Origin: Phoronis australis
Lineage: Eukaryota; Animalia; Phoronida
DNA length: 64,000 nucleotides
Direction of reading: 5' to 3'
Assembly (NCBI GenBank): GCA_002633005.1
Contig: NMRA01000547.1
Location: 135,561 to 199,560 of the forward strand
Shown here: positions 37,626-49,490 of the stretch, in pieces
Layout: every line of letters starts with the position of its first letter
Numbering within the stretch: the first letter of the stretch is position 1
Position numbers and translations under genes: made by a program
The notes under the pieces: generated by a model
What the model saw: the letters and a program-made list of their open reading frames with translations, nothing else
Told to the model about the DNA's origin: nothing
Databases searched by the model: none

Positions 37626-37804
37626 TTTGCCGACATATCTGTCATCCAGTGCATGTTTGGCAAGGAGGTTCCTCAGAACTCCAATTGCACTTTTCCTGAT
37701 GTCACGCACTTCGTTCAATGCGTTCTTAACTTCCTGTAACAGAACACCAACGAGGAAATGGTCCTTGCGGTATTCTTCGGAAAGTGTGTAGTCGTGTCTC
37801 AGGT
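37626..37804 (-). CDS. DOCK9: DOCK9/10/11-like exon (DLRHDYTLSEEYRKDHFLVGVLLQEV...AKHALDDRYVGK), phase 1-0
   Basis: Acceptor cgtttcag, donor gtaggt; HFLVG.LL.EV and KH..DDRY motifs. Confidence 0.94.
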
Positions 37805-40800
37805 CTGAAACGATGACAAGAACATAGCTTACTGTCTCTTTTGATTACCACCAGAGTGAAACTGTCAGTGCAAACTGGTATTGCAGGAATCGCTAGGTGA
37901 ACAGGTGGTGGGGTCATCGCTGAAAATTGTGACTCTAATTCCTATTTTTCAGTCAAAGAACATAAAAGTTGACAGGAAAAGAGAACTACAGTCACATTTT
38001 TCATAAACACTTACAATAGAATTTGTAGCAAATAGAAAAGGAAGAAGTTACAAGAAAAGGAAGATTAGCGTGGAAATAAGGAATGTAAAAAGTACATTCA
38101 AGCAGTCCAAAAGAAGTAATTAATAATGTTCTGTAAAGTGTGGAGAACAAATAAAACACCAATACAGGTATATAAGCCAAAGATAAAGAAGAACGGGGCT
38201 ACAAAGACAAATGTAATTACATTGCAAGACTTGTAACTCAATGAGATTACCTTCAAAGATTTCTTCAACAACTGGCTTAGTTTTCTTCAACTTTCGCTTT
38301 TTGCCAGGTTCTTCTCACAACAAAAATTCCAAAGTTACAACAAGAATTTAAATGACTACACCAATGTAAAAACCTTTGATGACAGGAAAAGCGTAAACCA
38401 TTGGCTAACACTATAAAGCATATTTATCTAATTTTTGGAAGTAAAAGCCTTTAGTTTACCATGAATGTCTAATATGCAATAAGTAAAATCATAACAACAA
38501 GAAAATGCTAACAGCAAAGCACACAACTGGTGTTTGTGATCTGATATCACACAATTTCCATTCATGGATAGAACAATCATGTATTACCATTTTGCAAACA
38601 CCATCCCACGGCATACAATGCACAAAGGAGTCCACGATTTAGAGAAATTATTATACAACTGTCATAAACTCAGGTGTCTCACAACATAAAATGCCATCAC
38701 AGGGACTTGTAAAGTTTTGAAGAACTGTTTTAGAGCATGGTTGTGCTAAGCTTTAAGTACAATAGAGATAATAGCTACATCTAGTGAAGTTCACAAATAT
38801 TTTGTTGAACAGGTGATGCCTAGACAACTAAGAAGGGCTGATGAATGATCCGCCTTGACAGGCAGATAGTCACCACTTGCCATCACACGTAAGTCTGCAA
38901 TATTTGTGAATTGTACTGTATGGTTATATCTAAGTTCAAACATATCACATTAAAAATGCATTTCATGCTTCAAATGAATTTACAACATGCAAATGAAATC
39001 ACTGGCATGCTGTATCATCAAGTAAATTAAGTTGGAAACTAACAACTGAAAAATGCTGTATATGAGGCCATGGCTTTTAAGGAGCAATAACAATTTTCTG
39101 CGAACAATATATTAGACTTTAACTGTTTTGGATGTAAGAAAAGTCATTATTTTTCTGGAGTTTTCTACCAATCTGGCAAGCATGCACAGTTAGGATGCAA
39201 TAAGATGGGTAAGAGATTATTGTTATTATTCAGAAGAGATAAGGTGCATCATATAAGTGCTTCATCTCTATAAAGTTCTGTACCTTTTAGCTTCCAAGGA
39301 ATGTTTTGAGAAATACTTGGCATTCACAACCTTTGATAAATGAAAAAGTTCAATTTTCACATTTTTTTCTCTCTGAATTTTTGTGAGATTTTACTGCACT
39401 AGCAAAAATTAATAAAATATTGGTTGGCTAAATCCATTCCATAAAAATATATAATAAAACAAATCAGAAGACAATACATCATCTACTAAGTTTGTCAATG
39501 GTGTTAGAAGTTCACTGACAGTGGTTAGCCATTAGGCATTACATATTAATTGCCAATCTGCAGCATCGACTTACCAGTTGGGATTTGAATACTCAGTAGC
39601 TCCAGACTTTTCTGATTGTGCTCTTTTGTTCATACAAAAATTTACATGCAGAGCCTGCTATTTTTGACTCTGTGGCCTATAAATACTGAATCTGGCATTA
39701 AAACTTATTAGCTCTTTCAGTCTTTGAATGAAAAAAAATCGATTAACTACAACAAAATAAAAGGGTAACTGGAAGATTGCCACTGCTGCACCTTTGTTAA
39801 GTACCATAGTCCCAGTCTTCCCTCTGTAGGCAGGCTTGTGTACTTAACACTAAAACAGAGCGGTTATCCTTCCCAAATAATCCAGTCAGTTTCGAATACG
39901 GGAGAACCTAATGCACTTAATTGACCAAACCTATATGAGGTAAGGCAAGACAGTGATAATGCAATTGATTAAAACAGAAAACTTGAGAAGATTCTCCAAG
40001 TTTCCAGCATATAAAATCATGTTTCGAAATATTCCAGAATCTTAAAAACATTTAGAACAATCAGTCAATAAGTAAGATAGTTGCTAAGAGTAACACCTTT
40101 CGTTCAAAAATTCCATGTAGTATATAAATTTGATTCTAGTTGTTATCAAGCAACTTAGATTGGTGAGACCACACGCCACTTGACTTCAAGGATGAAGGAA
40201 CACCTAGTTAGCGATAAGAATTCACGTATCTTTAGACACTTGGAAAACAATGCTGCTTGAAGAGAGGCCGCTGGGAAACACAGCTTTACGATTATTGACA
40301 GTGATACTAATTGTTAAGAGCAATTCCATATAAAAACCAGATGTGGGCTATATATGCAAAATCCCCAATTTTTTTGAAACTTAGAATATCAGCTGGCCTT
40401 GTCAAAAGAAACCTGAGCCTGATTTTTTAAGAGTTCCTGAGTTTTTTTGACGCTTTTTACAACCACTTTGTACTTTTTCTGAAAAATAGCAAATAAAAGA
40501 ACTGGGAAGTAGGTGACTTTTTGTCAGCAACAACACATCATCGCTTCACGCTATTGAAATAATAACTATATAGCAGAAAGAAGAAAGAATAACATACGCG
40601 GAAAATTAGTTTGGATGATTGATTTTTATGTCTTCCCATTTTAGCCTACAAAATGTCATTTTCACTGCTTATTATTAAGGCCATTTTTACACATTTTTAT
40701 CGCTCTCCCAAATCTATATCAGATTCTTGTGGAACATGAGTTAACTTCCATCTATTACTGCTGTCTTTGTTCAGCCCTTTGCATGAATAAAAAATCTTGT

Positions 40801-41198
40801 TTCTTTCAAAGTTTTTGTACAGTCATTTTTTTACATAACTCACACATATCTCTGCCAATCTGTGACTGTCAGTTAGATTAAATGACTCTAGGAGGCACAA
40901 CTCGATTGTGCAATTATCTATCGACCAAGATGCCAAATAGAACAAATATCATTCGTTTTGCTACATCAGTGACGAAGGAGATCATGGGAAGCTTTATGAG
41001 AGAGATTTTCTTCGCGGATTTTCAGATTTCCTGGTGCAAAAATAAAAAAAATCTATTATAGGATTACAGAACTCAAAAGTCAATTTTAATGTACTGATGA
41101 GCTAATAATACAACCCCCATCACCATCTCATACTTCAGAGAAGCAGGTTTTATTCTTATTAAGGGAGCCCTTTCCCCCTTGCTTGGTCACTTTTTGAT

Positions 41199-41259
41199 CA
41201 CCGTAATGGACTAAGAATCCCATGCAGGCAGTGCATGGGATTCTTAGTCCATTACGGTG
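41199..41259. repeat. Perfect 28-bp-arm hairpin with a 5-nt loop
   Basis: caccgtaatggactaagaatcccatgca-ggcag-tgcatgggattcttagtccattacggtg. Confidence 0.95.
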
Positions 41260-41739
41260 CTGGTCCATTTTCAGACCTCCTGGACAAGTCCTTGTATATG
41301 CGCTTGAAAAAGTCCTCTATTAGCAAAGTTCATACTAACTATCAAGATTTTCGAGATCACAAGTGAAAAGAGGACGGTGGATACGAGCAGAAGTGTCGTG
41401 TTATTGGACATACAAAGGGTCACGCAATAATTCTTGTACTATACAAAAGCGGCCGAGCATGGTGGCAGTGCGCCAATGGAATTTGCAATTTCAGAAAAAA
41501 AACAGGTACAAATATTTACGATTGAAAACATGATATTTTCAATGATATCCAAGATACCGGCTTTCCAAACCAGTATTTGAACAATTGGGTGTTGATGCGA
41601 CTTACCAGTTTACCAGCTAAAAGTTTCAAAATATGTAAATTCCGTTCATGCGGCGGACTCAAAACCAGTTTTTTTAAGGTATGCTAGGTTTAGTGTATGA
41701 TGCATTTCCACACAACACTTCAAAAAACAGCAAAATAGG

Positions 41740-42766
41740 CCGAATCCATCCCAAAACGGGAACATGTCATTGTTTCTTTAATATAAAGCTATTTATCAAA
41801 TCCAATAAAAATTCGTCAAGGAGCTTAGAAGTAAAAGAGGAAAACAAAAAAATGAAATTGCCACAAGGGGGCACAGATTCATTGGAAGGTCATCGTCGTC
41901 CATTGTTACCTTCACATAAATACACTTACTAAAATTAATCAAGATCCTGCAGTGGGTTTAGGAGCTATGGGTGCAAAAACAAAACTGCCACAAGGAGGCG
42001 CCACAGTAGTCAATGTCTTTGGAAAATCATTAACCGTCCTCTTCACACTAAAAACATAATTATGTGCTAATTTTCAAAATTATGCTTAGAGTGGTTTGGT
42101 TGGCAGAGGGGCGGACGCCAAAAACAGACTAAGAAACAATAAAAATGGCCCTTAGATGGCATAAAATATGTCAAATCATCCAAAAACGCCGTTTCTGTAA
42201 TAGAAAGCTGTTTACCAAATTTCATAAAAATCCATCAAGGAACTTCAAAGAAACAGGGGAAAACAGAAAAAAATGAAATTGCCACTAGGGGGCACAGCGT
42301 TAGTTGGATCCGTCTGAAAGTCGTCGTCGTCCGCTGTCAACTTCATATAAATACACTTGCTAAATTTAATATAGATCCTGCAATGGGTTTAGTAGAAACA
42401 GCCATGGGCGCTACAAAAAACAAAACTGCCACTACGAGGAGCCAAAGTAGTCAAAGTCTTCAGAAGGTTATCGTCGACCGTTCTCTTCACACTAAGAACA
42501 TATATGCCAATTTTCACAATCATTCTTTGGATGGTTTGTTTGATAGAGGGACAGACTCCAAAACAGTAAAAATGGCCACTGGGTGGAACAAAATATCTCA
42601 AATTGACATCCGAAAATGGGAGGATAGCGCCATCTTCCTAATATATGGTTATGTGCCAAATTTCATGAAAATCTGTTGAGGAGCTTTGAAGATACAGAGG
42701 TAAATGTACAAAAGTTGTTGGATCCATTCGAAATTTGTCGTCACCTGTCATGTGGGGTCATAAAAA
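41740..42766 (-). mobile_element. HINE-like element of the 2987-4277 family (about two higher-order repeats)
   Basis: Unit-by-unit similarity to 3100-4080; ends tgtggggtcataaaaa. Confidence 0.8.
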
Positions 42767-43568
42767 CTCGCGTTCCATTCAAAAACTGATGAGGTGCACA
42801 TCTGAATACGGCTGACCGACAAGTCAGAGATGACTGCATGGCAAAAAGTGCTGAATAAGTGAAAAATTATGATCAACTGCCATTACAATTTTAAAGGGAA
42901 GTGAACTGTATTGTCAATTTTTGAGTGGTGGGGTATAATCATGAGTGGAGGTTCTTTCCATACTTAGAAATTATTTTGACATAAATATTAAAATACAAAT
43001 AACGGCAAGCAATCACCTCAGGGATGGTCACCATCATTGTTCTGGCATAATCTACTAGCTTCAATGGCGACCTGAGCAGACTAGTGGAATGGCAAATCTG
43101 GTGACGATTTCACCAGCTCTCACAAGTCATATGTACTAAAGATGTGTATGAAGATGGGTCACCTTTTGTACAAGTATGTGACCATAGGGTTTTATGTTGC
43201 CCACTTGAACACAACAAACTCAAGATCATTAGCACTGCATTGTGTCAGATTTTCAACTCTATATAGTGGCCGCATAAAGTCTTTTTATCCGAGTGATTGC
43301 TAAATGAAGCTGCCATCACAGTGATACAGCATACAAGAAGTAAACACAAATTGCCTTATCCATGTTACCGAGGAAGCAGTCTAGCTCGAAACTAAACTTT
43401 ACATGAAAAGTAAAATTTTGATATAGGTGTTAAATATTTTCAACTGAAGTTTTGTCTAGACGATTTTGAAGATGGAACAGGGTGCAGAGCTGCCTGTAAA
43501 TATGTGCTAGTAAAGGATATTGTTTCATTGTGTAGATTTTTTATTTTGTTGCCATAATGTCTTAATGA

Positions 43569-43682
43569 CAGATGATAGACAGACTGTGAGACTAATCAAA
43601 TGATAAACAGACAGTGAGACTAATCAGATGATAGACAGACAGTGAGACTATTTCAGATGATTGTCAGACAATGAAACTATTT
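43569..43682. repeat. 28-29-bp tandem repeat, ~4 copies
   Basis: Consensus cagatgatagacagacagtgagactaat. Confidence 0.85.
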
Positions 43683-43930
43683 CGAAAACTGGAGATTAAA
43701 CTATAAAAATCCAATAAAGCTGGGTGTTTTAAAGAGACAAGTAAAATCTGTGTATCTCACAAAATGCAGATTTTGTGATAAAACCCTCATAGTCCTAAAA
43801 GAAAACTTTATCAAATCAAAATACACATCTTTATAGCAACAATATCAGACTTCTTCACACATTGAGTTTCTGTAAACAACATGTATCAGTATAAAGAATG
43901 TGCACTGATTAGTTCGTCACCATTACTCAC

Positions 43931-44036
43931 CTTTGTAGTTGCGACTCTTGGATTTCATCATGGGCAAATTAAGAGGGATGAAGTGTTCGTGATCACACAC
44001 AATGCGAAGGAAATCAAACTTGAACTCATGCAACAT
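43931..44036 (-). CDS. DOCK9: DOCK9/10/11-like exon (MLHEFKFDFLRIVCDHEHFIPLNLPMMKSKSRNYK), phase 0-1
   Basis: Acceptor cctttcag, donor gtgagt; conserved KF.FLR.VC.HEH.IPLNLP. Confidence 0.96.
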
Positions 44037-44801
44037 CTGAAAGGTATTTTTTCAACAATAAAGAAAACAATGTTCAAGGCATCAATAGAAAGATTTAAAC
44101 AAGCTCAATTTATTAAGTGCTTACAAAAACAATTGCACCTGGAACCAGCCAAGGGATTCCTACTTCAGACGGTCAATATTGAGACATTATTTGGATGTAG
44201 GCCTACACAGACAGACTACTCCATACCTTATTATTGATTGTGATCTAAGTCATCAACAAGTTGAATACTTTAATCAGAAATAATATGCTGAATATATTTA
44301 AATACAAAGTGTTTTATTCAGTGTCGGTTGGTTAAAAGATGTCATGTATTTTCACGTCACATCTGTTAGCAAGAAACTCAATTCACCATACAGAGCTGAC
44401 TGAGGTTGTCTGACAAGGTGGTACAGTTTAGCAACTCTAAAGCAGATACTTGCAAATCAAAAACAGTCAGACATTTCCAAACATAGTCGCTACTGCCTCC
44501 CCCAAACTGATGCTGAAGTTCTCAATAAACATTCTGCTCTCAATACCTCAGTCGTCTTTAGTGTCAGAACTGGTATCAACCACCATGTTCTCGCGGTGAT
44601 GTAAGATGATGCAAAAAGTGAAGTTCAAGTATCACTTAAGTGATGGATATTTGAGTGATGATTGTATAGAGCTTTCATGTGAGGCTTAATTGCTGCTACA
44701 ACCATTAAAGTGGACAGAAAAATAAAAAATAGTGAGTAATTTGTTCAAGGGAGGCAGGCTTTAAAGCTCTATTTGTATTTAATGTTTTGTATTTTCTTTA
44801 A

Positions 44802-45852
44802 AGAGTTCCCACCATGCATTTTCATTTCAGTAAGCTATTATGAAATGAACACCATAAAATGTATCTAAATAAGCACTTTTTATGCCAAATAGTCGCGAAG
44901 AAAAATTATTTATTTCTAAGTTTATTTCAATGTCGGAACACAGCAGGTCAGAAGATGAGGACGATTTTGAGTGAGAACTGGACAACTATTATGCAGACAG
45001 AGAGGAGAGTGGATACAGGCATCACACTCAAGTACTTGAAGAATCAGACGATGAATTCGATTTCCCATTTAGGAAACTTTAGTCGGCTTTGAGGCGTATG
45101 AACTCTACCAACTTGCACGAGAAATGCTGCAGACATATGTGAGCCACAACCAACTGAACCAAGAGGAGGTCTTTGTTCAAAAAATAGACACTTAATCACT
45201 GACAAATGCCACAGTAAACCTGGGTTGCTCGTATTCACTACAGACTGCTGTGATGGAATGAGCAGTCTAAACACAATGCATAAGCCTACTTGTAGTAGCA
45301 CTCGATCTGGGATGGGGTCGAGGGCCTGGCAGCATTCGCCCTAGAATGAAAGTTTGCTTGTTATTTATAAAAATTGCAAATGCACTTACAAGGTGCCGAG
45401 TCCTTCATCATAACGCTGTTTTTGTGTGTGGTCGAAATGGGATTCCTTGAAATGTGCCAAACAAAGAGTGGCTTCCGACAGAATTGCATGTTCAGCACTG
45501 ACATTCCACACTCTCGTGCTGCACACAAACTGATGCCATTTCTGTGCAACATTCACGTATTTAGGAAATTTGAACCCAGAGACATTCTCAGCCAAGTTGT
45601 TAATACAGCCTGCACAAACGCACCTTTTCATGTCTGAAAAAGGTGGCTCTACGCGGATCTTCCTCACAGCTCCTCAGTATTGGACTGGTGAAAACAACAA
45701 TGGCGGAGACGGTCTTCCACCCATTGCGTACAAGCACAAAAACAGAAAAATATTTTGCTTTTAATTTTTGGCTTGTTTCTTAGCAACAGGTGTACTAAAG
45801 GCTATTAAATCTCGTAAGATGTATTTGTAAAATCCCTTTTGGTGGGAACTCG
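44802..45852 (-). mobile_element. Kolobok-like non-autonomous element with a THAP-domain remnant (~45400-45632)
   Basis: TTAA on both sides, TIR agagttcccacca / tggtgggaactcg; MKRCVCAGC..FKFP...KW..FV...LCLAHF is a C2CH THAP signature. Confidence 0.8.
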
Positions 45853-46005
45853 TTAAAAAGTTGAGTTGAGTACAACGAACCTCAATTACAACAAACTTTA
45901 TCTGAGAGGTTCGTAGAAACAAAAACTTGCATATAAATGAAGGTTTTCGGCAAGTCCCAGAAAGTTTGTTGCAACACAGTTCAAGTGTATTTCAATAGGT
46001 GATAC

Positions 46006-46089
46006 CTTACTATCCCCTGGGCAGAAGTTCTCTATATACAGGTTGATGAGCCGGAAAACAAATCCTCTGTCCAGAAAAGTGAAACATCG
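46006..46089 (-). CDS. DOCK9: DOCK9/10/11-like exon (RCFTFLDRGFVFRLINLYIENFCPGDSK), phase 0-0
   Basis: Acceptor ctttttcag, donor gtatca; near-identical to RCFTFMDRGFVF. Confidence 0.96.
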
Positions 46090-46339
46090 CTGAAAAAGAA
46101 AGTTCGTGGCTTATCAAAAACCTATCATCAATAAAACAAGTTTCATAAAAAGAATGCAAAAACAATGCATTGAGTAAGCTTTACAGGCAGTGTGTGAAAA
46201 GTAGAAAATAGTAATGAACTCGGACTGAGTAACACCAAGAAAAAAACAGAAACATCTAAGGAGAGCAATGCAAAGCACCGAGATACAACCCACCAAGGGT
46301 AATTAATTTTTTTCAAAACTATCCAGCCATGTGAAATAC

Positions 46340-46498
46340 CTTGATAAAGTTGCCCAAAGCCCTGTTAGCATTTCTAGCTTCTATAGGATGATCCATATAC
46401 TTCTGCACAATGTGGGGCACAAGTGTCTGAAGAAGTGTCTGCACACGATAGGAGAAGTTAGACTGTTGACTGCTGGGAAACCGCTCATTCCTTGGCAT
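46340..46498 (-). CDS. DOCK9: DOCK9/10/11-like exon (MPRNERFP...ARNANRALGNFIK), phase 0-0
   Basis: Acceptor tgttttcag, donor gtattt; resembles LRNQRFP...KNANHSLAVFIK. Confidence 0.95.
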
Positions 46499-46539
46499 CT
46501 GAAAACAAACACAAATGATTAAAATTAGATTTATGAGTC

Positions 46540-46837
46540 TCTAAAATGGGTAGGCGCTATCCACTATTTAATAGAAACACACGTGCCAAATTTTATGAAA
46601 ATCTATCCAGAAGACTGGTTGAGGTGAACACAAAAATGCTACCAGGAAGCATCTTAGAGGTTAGATCAGATTGAAAATTGGAGAGTGTCATTCTTTCCAT
46701 GATAGAAACAAGTCCGCAAAATTTCAAATATCTAACCATGGATTTTTCCAAAAGAAGCAGACGCCTGATGTCAAAAGCAGGACACCAGACATCTCAGACA
46801 GAGACGACAGCAATATGCATATGTGGGTGCATAAAAA
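46540..46837 (-). mobile_element. Short HINE-like fragment of the 2987-4277 family, including the terminus
   Basis: gacaccagac..cagacagagacgacagcaatatgcatatgtgggtgcataaaaa. Confidence 0.7.
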
Positions 46838-47582
46838 GGAAAATCCTCAAAAGCAAGTATTTAATTTCCAACAAACAAAGATTGGCAAATAACAAGTGAC
46901 CAAACAGTAAACAAAAACTGAAATGATCCTAATAACTGTATAGAGAAATTTCCCACAATAATAGTAGTACCGGAGCTTATTTCCAAAAAATTAATTTTCC
47001 AGTAACAAATTAAAAATATGAATAATTAAAAATATTAGTTAGCATGCACTTAGTGTTGGAATCTTTGAACAAGAGGAGGAACGTTTCGCAAGAAGTATAA
47101 TTCCAAAGTAGTTGCATTTAAACAATTAAAGCAAAAGGAAAAAAACTTGTGCAGCTGTCTGCAATAATGTTCGCCATACTATATAGAAACAGCTCCAATC
47201 ACTAACCATGGCCAGTTTTTTAACCATTGAAACATATTACTAAGCCTTTAGTTCACAATGCACATACAAGAATTATTTGGGTTTTGAGCTCTGCCATCCA
47301 CCATATCACTTGTACTGCATCTTGTCAAACTGCATAGACTATCAATTCAGACAAAAATCATAGCACGTTTGAACACTGATTTAACTTGTGATTAAACTTT
47401 ACTGGAAAAAAACAAACACAAAAAGGGCTAAATTCTGCACTCAAATTCTGAATATCATACATGTATGAGCAAAACTGGATGTAAAATTAAGGAAGCCAGA
47501 TCCAGAAACAAGTATTTAATCTAGCCGGACGGTAGACACAATAACCCACACTATACATAATACACTGGTACACTTCACTAAC

Positions 47583-47798
47583 TTTGATGCGTCCTGTGAA
47601 AATCAAGTGTTGCGCCATACATTTAATTAACACGTCAAAGAAGAACCAGGAGTGCTTGAGAAAGCGGTTGATGACCAGCTGGTCAGCTTGAGTTGGTCGT
47701 AACATTGATGTCAGATGCTTGGCTAGTTCTTCATGCACTGTTTTCTGTTTCGACTGCAGTACACTTTTTGCTTCAGGCACAGTAGTCACAAACAGATA
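47583..47798 (-). CDS. DOCK9: DOCK9/10/11-like exon (YLFVTT...KTVHEELAKHLTSMLRP...KHSWFFFDVLIKCMAQHLIFTGRIK), phase 0-0
   Basis: Acceptor tctcaattccag, donor gttagt; diagnostic KTVHEEL and SWFFFDVLIK motifs. Confidence 0.96.
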
Positions 47799-48129
47799 CT
47801 GGAATTGAGAAACAACACCTCAATACACAATAAAGCTTAAAGGAAATGGAAACTTAAATTCAAGGAACATATTAATACAATGAGATCATGCTTTACCACG
47901 CCATTTCTTCATATGTAGAACAATCTTCAAAATGATATTATTCGTTACTTTACTCCTTATAGTCACTTTTCAGCCGTGTGTGAAGGGCAACATTACAATC
48001 TTCTTGTAATAGACTACACTAATTTTAAAATTCGGACAATCGCCGCACAAATAAAAAGTTCATGTTCAATCAACGTTTCGTCTATTCGTTAGACGTCATC
48101 ATTATCATATTTACAACAATTTAGGACAA

Positions 48130-48420
48130 CAAGTGCCAACATACAGCTCAGGTACCATCCATAAAGTGAAGAGATACAGGGAATATAGTCAGTAGCTGGT
48201 CACCAGCATAGTTGCAGTTCTATAAGGTTGAATGTGACAACTGTAAGGAATTCTATATCGGACTCACACAGAGACGCCTCTGTGACAGGTTAAAAGAACA
48301 TCACACCTCAGAGAAAAGCAACACATATAGGCATTGTGTTAGCTACAATCACCAAGCCAACTCTGTTAGTATTATCTGCAGAGAACCTAATAAGGAGTTA
48401 CTGTACATTAGAAAATTTTT
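48130..48420 (+). mobile_element. Penelope-like GIY-YIG endonuclease fragment
   Basis: YKVECDNCKEFYIGLTQRRLCDRLKEH...H...H motif. Confidence 0.75.
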
Positions 48421-48524
48421 ATTAAATAACGAGATTTATACCACAATATTGGCGTCAAACGACAGATACAACCGTGTAATAACCCATAAAGTTATCTCAC
48501 TAGTGAGATAACGATTTGGCGGGA

Positions 48525-48596
48525 AACCGAGGACGGAGTCGAACCCGGAACCTTGAGTTTGCTGGTAGCCGACCTTAACCACTACACCACGCAGCA
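48525..48596 (-). pseudogene. tRNA-derived sequence (SINE head or tRNA pseudogene)
   Basis: A box tggtgtagtgg and B box ggttcgactcc at tRNA spacing, but the acceptor and anticodon stems do not pair. Confidence 0.65.
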
Positions 48597-49142
48597 GCTG
48601 ACGTCATCAAGAGTGAAAATATTATACTTAAATGAGCACGCGCAATAATCGCACGTTCAACAAACCGCATTGTACTGTACGTATACGCTACGAGAAATAA
48701 GACACATAATTTCCATAAAAATGATATCTTAATTCAATGAAATATTTCTCTCATGTCCTCTTACTTGTAAATCACCGATCTCCAGTTTGAATGCGGGTAT
48801 CGTGTCGTCAGGATCTTTGGCTTGAGAATTATATTCAGTTACCAGTGGTAACCTACTTTAGCAGACGATAATTTCCCGGTCGAAGCTTAGCGTGAAAAAA
48901 ACGTGTTTTAAGCTATAATAGTTGGTAAACCTTAATTTATAAATTCAGTTTATTTCTATTATATTTAAGTTTTCAATTGGTTTTGAGTAAAAGCATTATT
49001 TGACAAAAATAGCCCGGCTTTTCTTAAATGGTCACGACCTCCGACCCCGGGCCTCTGACATAGAAAGTAGTTACAAAGCCGTGGAGAGTCAGAAAAGGTA
49101 AATCGATTCATTGCAATGTTTCTCGTTTAGTATGTGGTATAA

Positions 49143-49306
49143 ATAGATTATTACATGTTCTCAGCCGTTATCCCCCTTATCTAGAGCCCTCGTGGATTTT
49201 GGAGAATTATCACCCTCGGGGCTAAGGCCCCTCGGGCGATAATTCTCCAAAATCCACTCGGGCTCTAGATAACGGGGGATAACGACTTCGCCATGTAATA
49301 ATCTAT
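49143..49306. repeat. ~165-bp imperfect palindrome, probably a transposon-derived terminus or MITE
   Basis: atagattattacatg...gtggattttggagaattatc..ggggc-taag-gcccc..gataattctccaaaatccac...catgtaataatctat. Confidence 0.9.
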
Positions 49307-49420
49307 ATCTATGTCATATGATCATCATCATGACGATAATGAATATCATTATTATTCCATATCCTTAATGACAAAATACAGATAACAGCTATTGATCATC
49401 TAGCAGTCATTAACACTTAC

Positions 49421-49490
49421 CTTAACATATGAGTGCAGAATATCTCCCTTATCAGCATCACACACTTCAAACACTATATGGGTCAGTACT
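49421..49490 (-). CDS. DOCK9: DOCK9/10/11-like exon (VLTHIVFEVCDADKGDILHSYVK), phase 2-0
   Basis: Acceptor tttactgcag, donor gtaagt; resembles VIIHVV...HLRSYVK. Confidence 0.93.

Noticed and set aside
39575-39635. Strong GTAAGT donor with an upstream open frame (MNKRAQSEKSGATEYSNPN) as an extra exon
   Set aside because: That frame ends in phase 2 and creates TGA on joining the downstream exons; the in-phase alternative has no credible acceptor.
48525-48596. Functional tRNA gene
   Set aside because: The acceptor, anticodon and T stems do not pair properly; only the A and B boxes remain.
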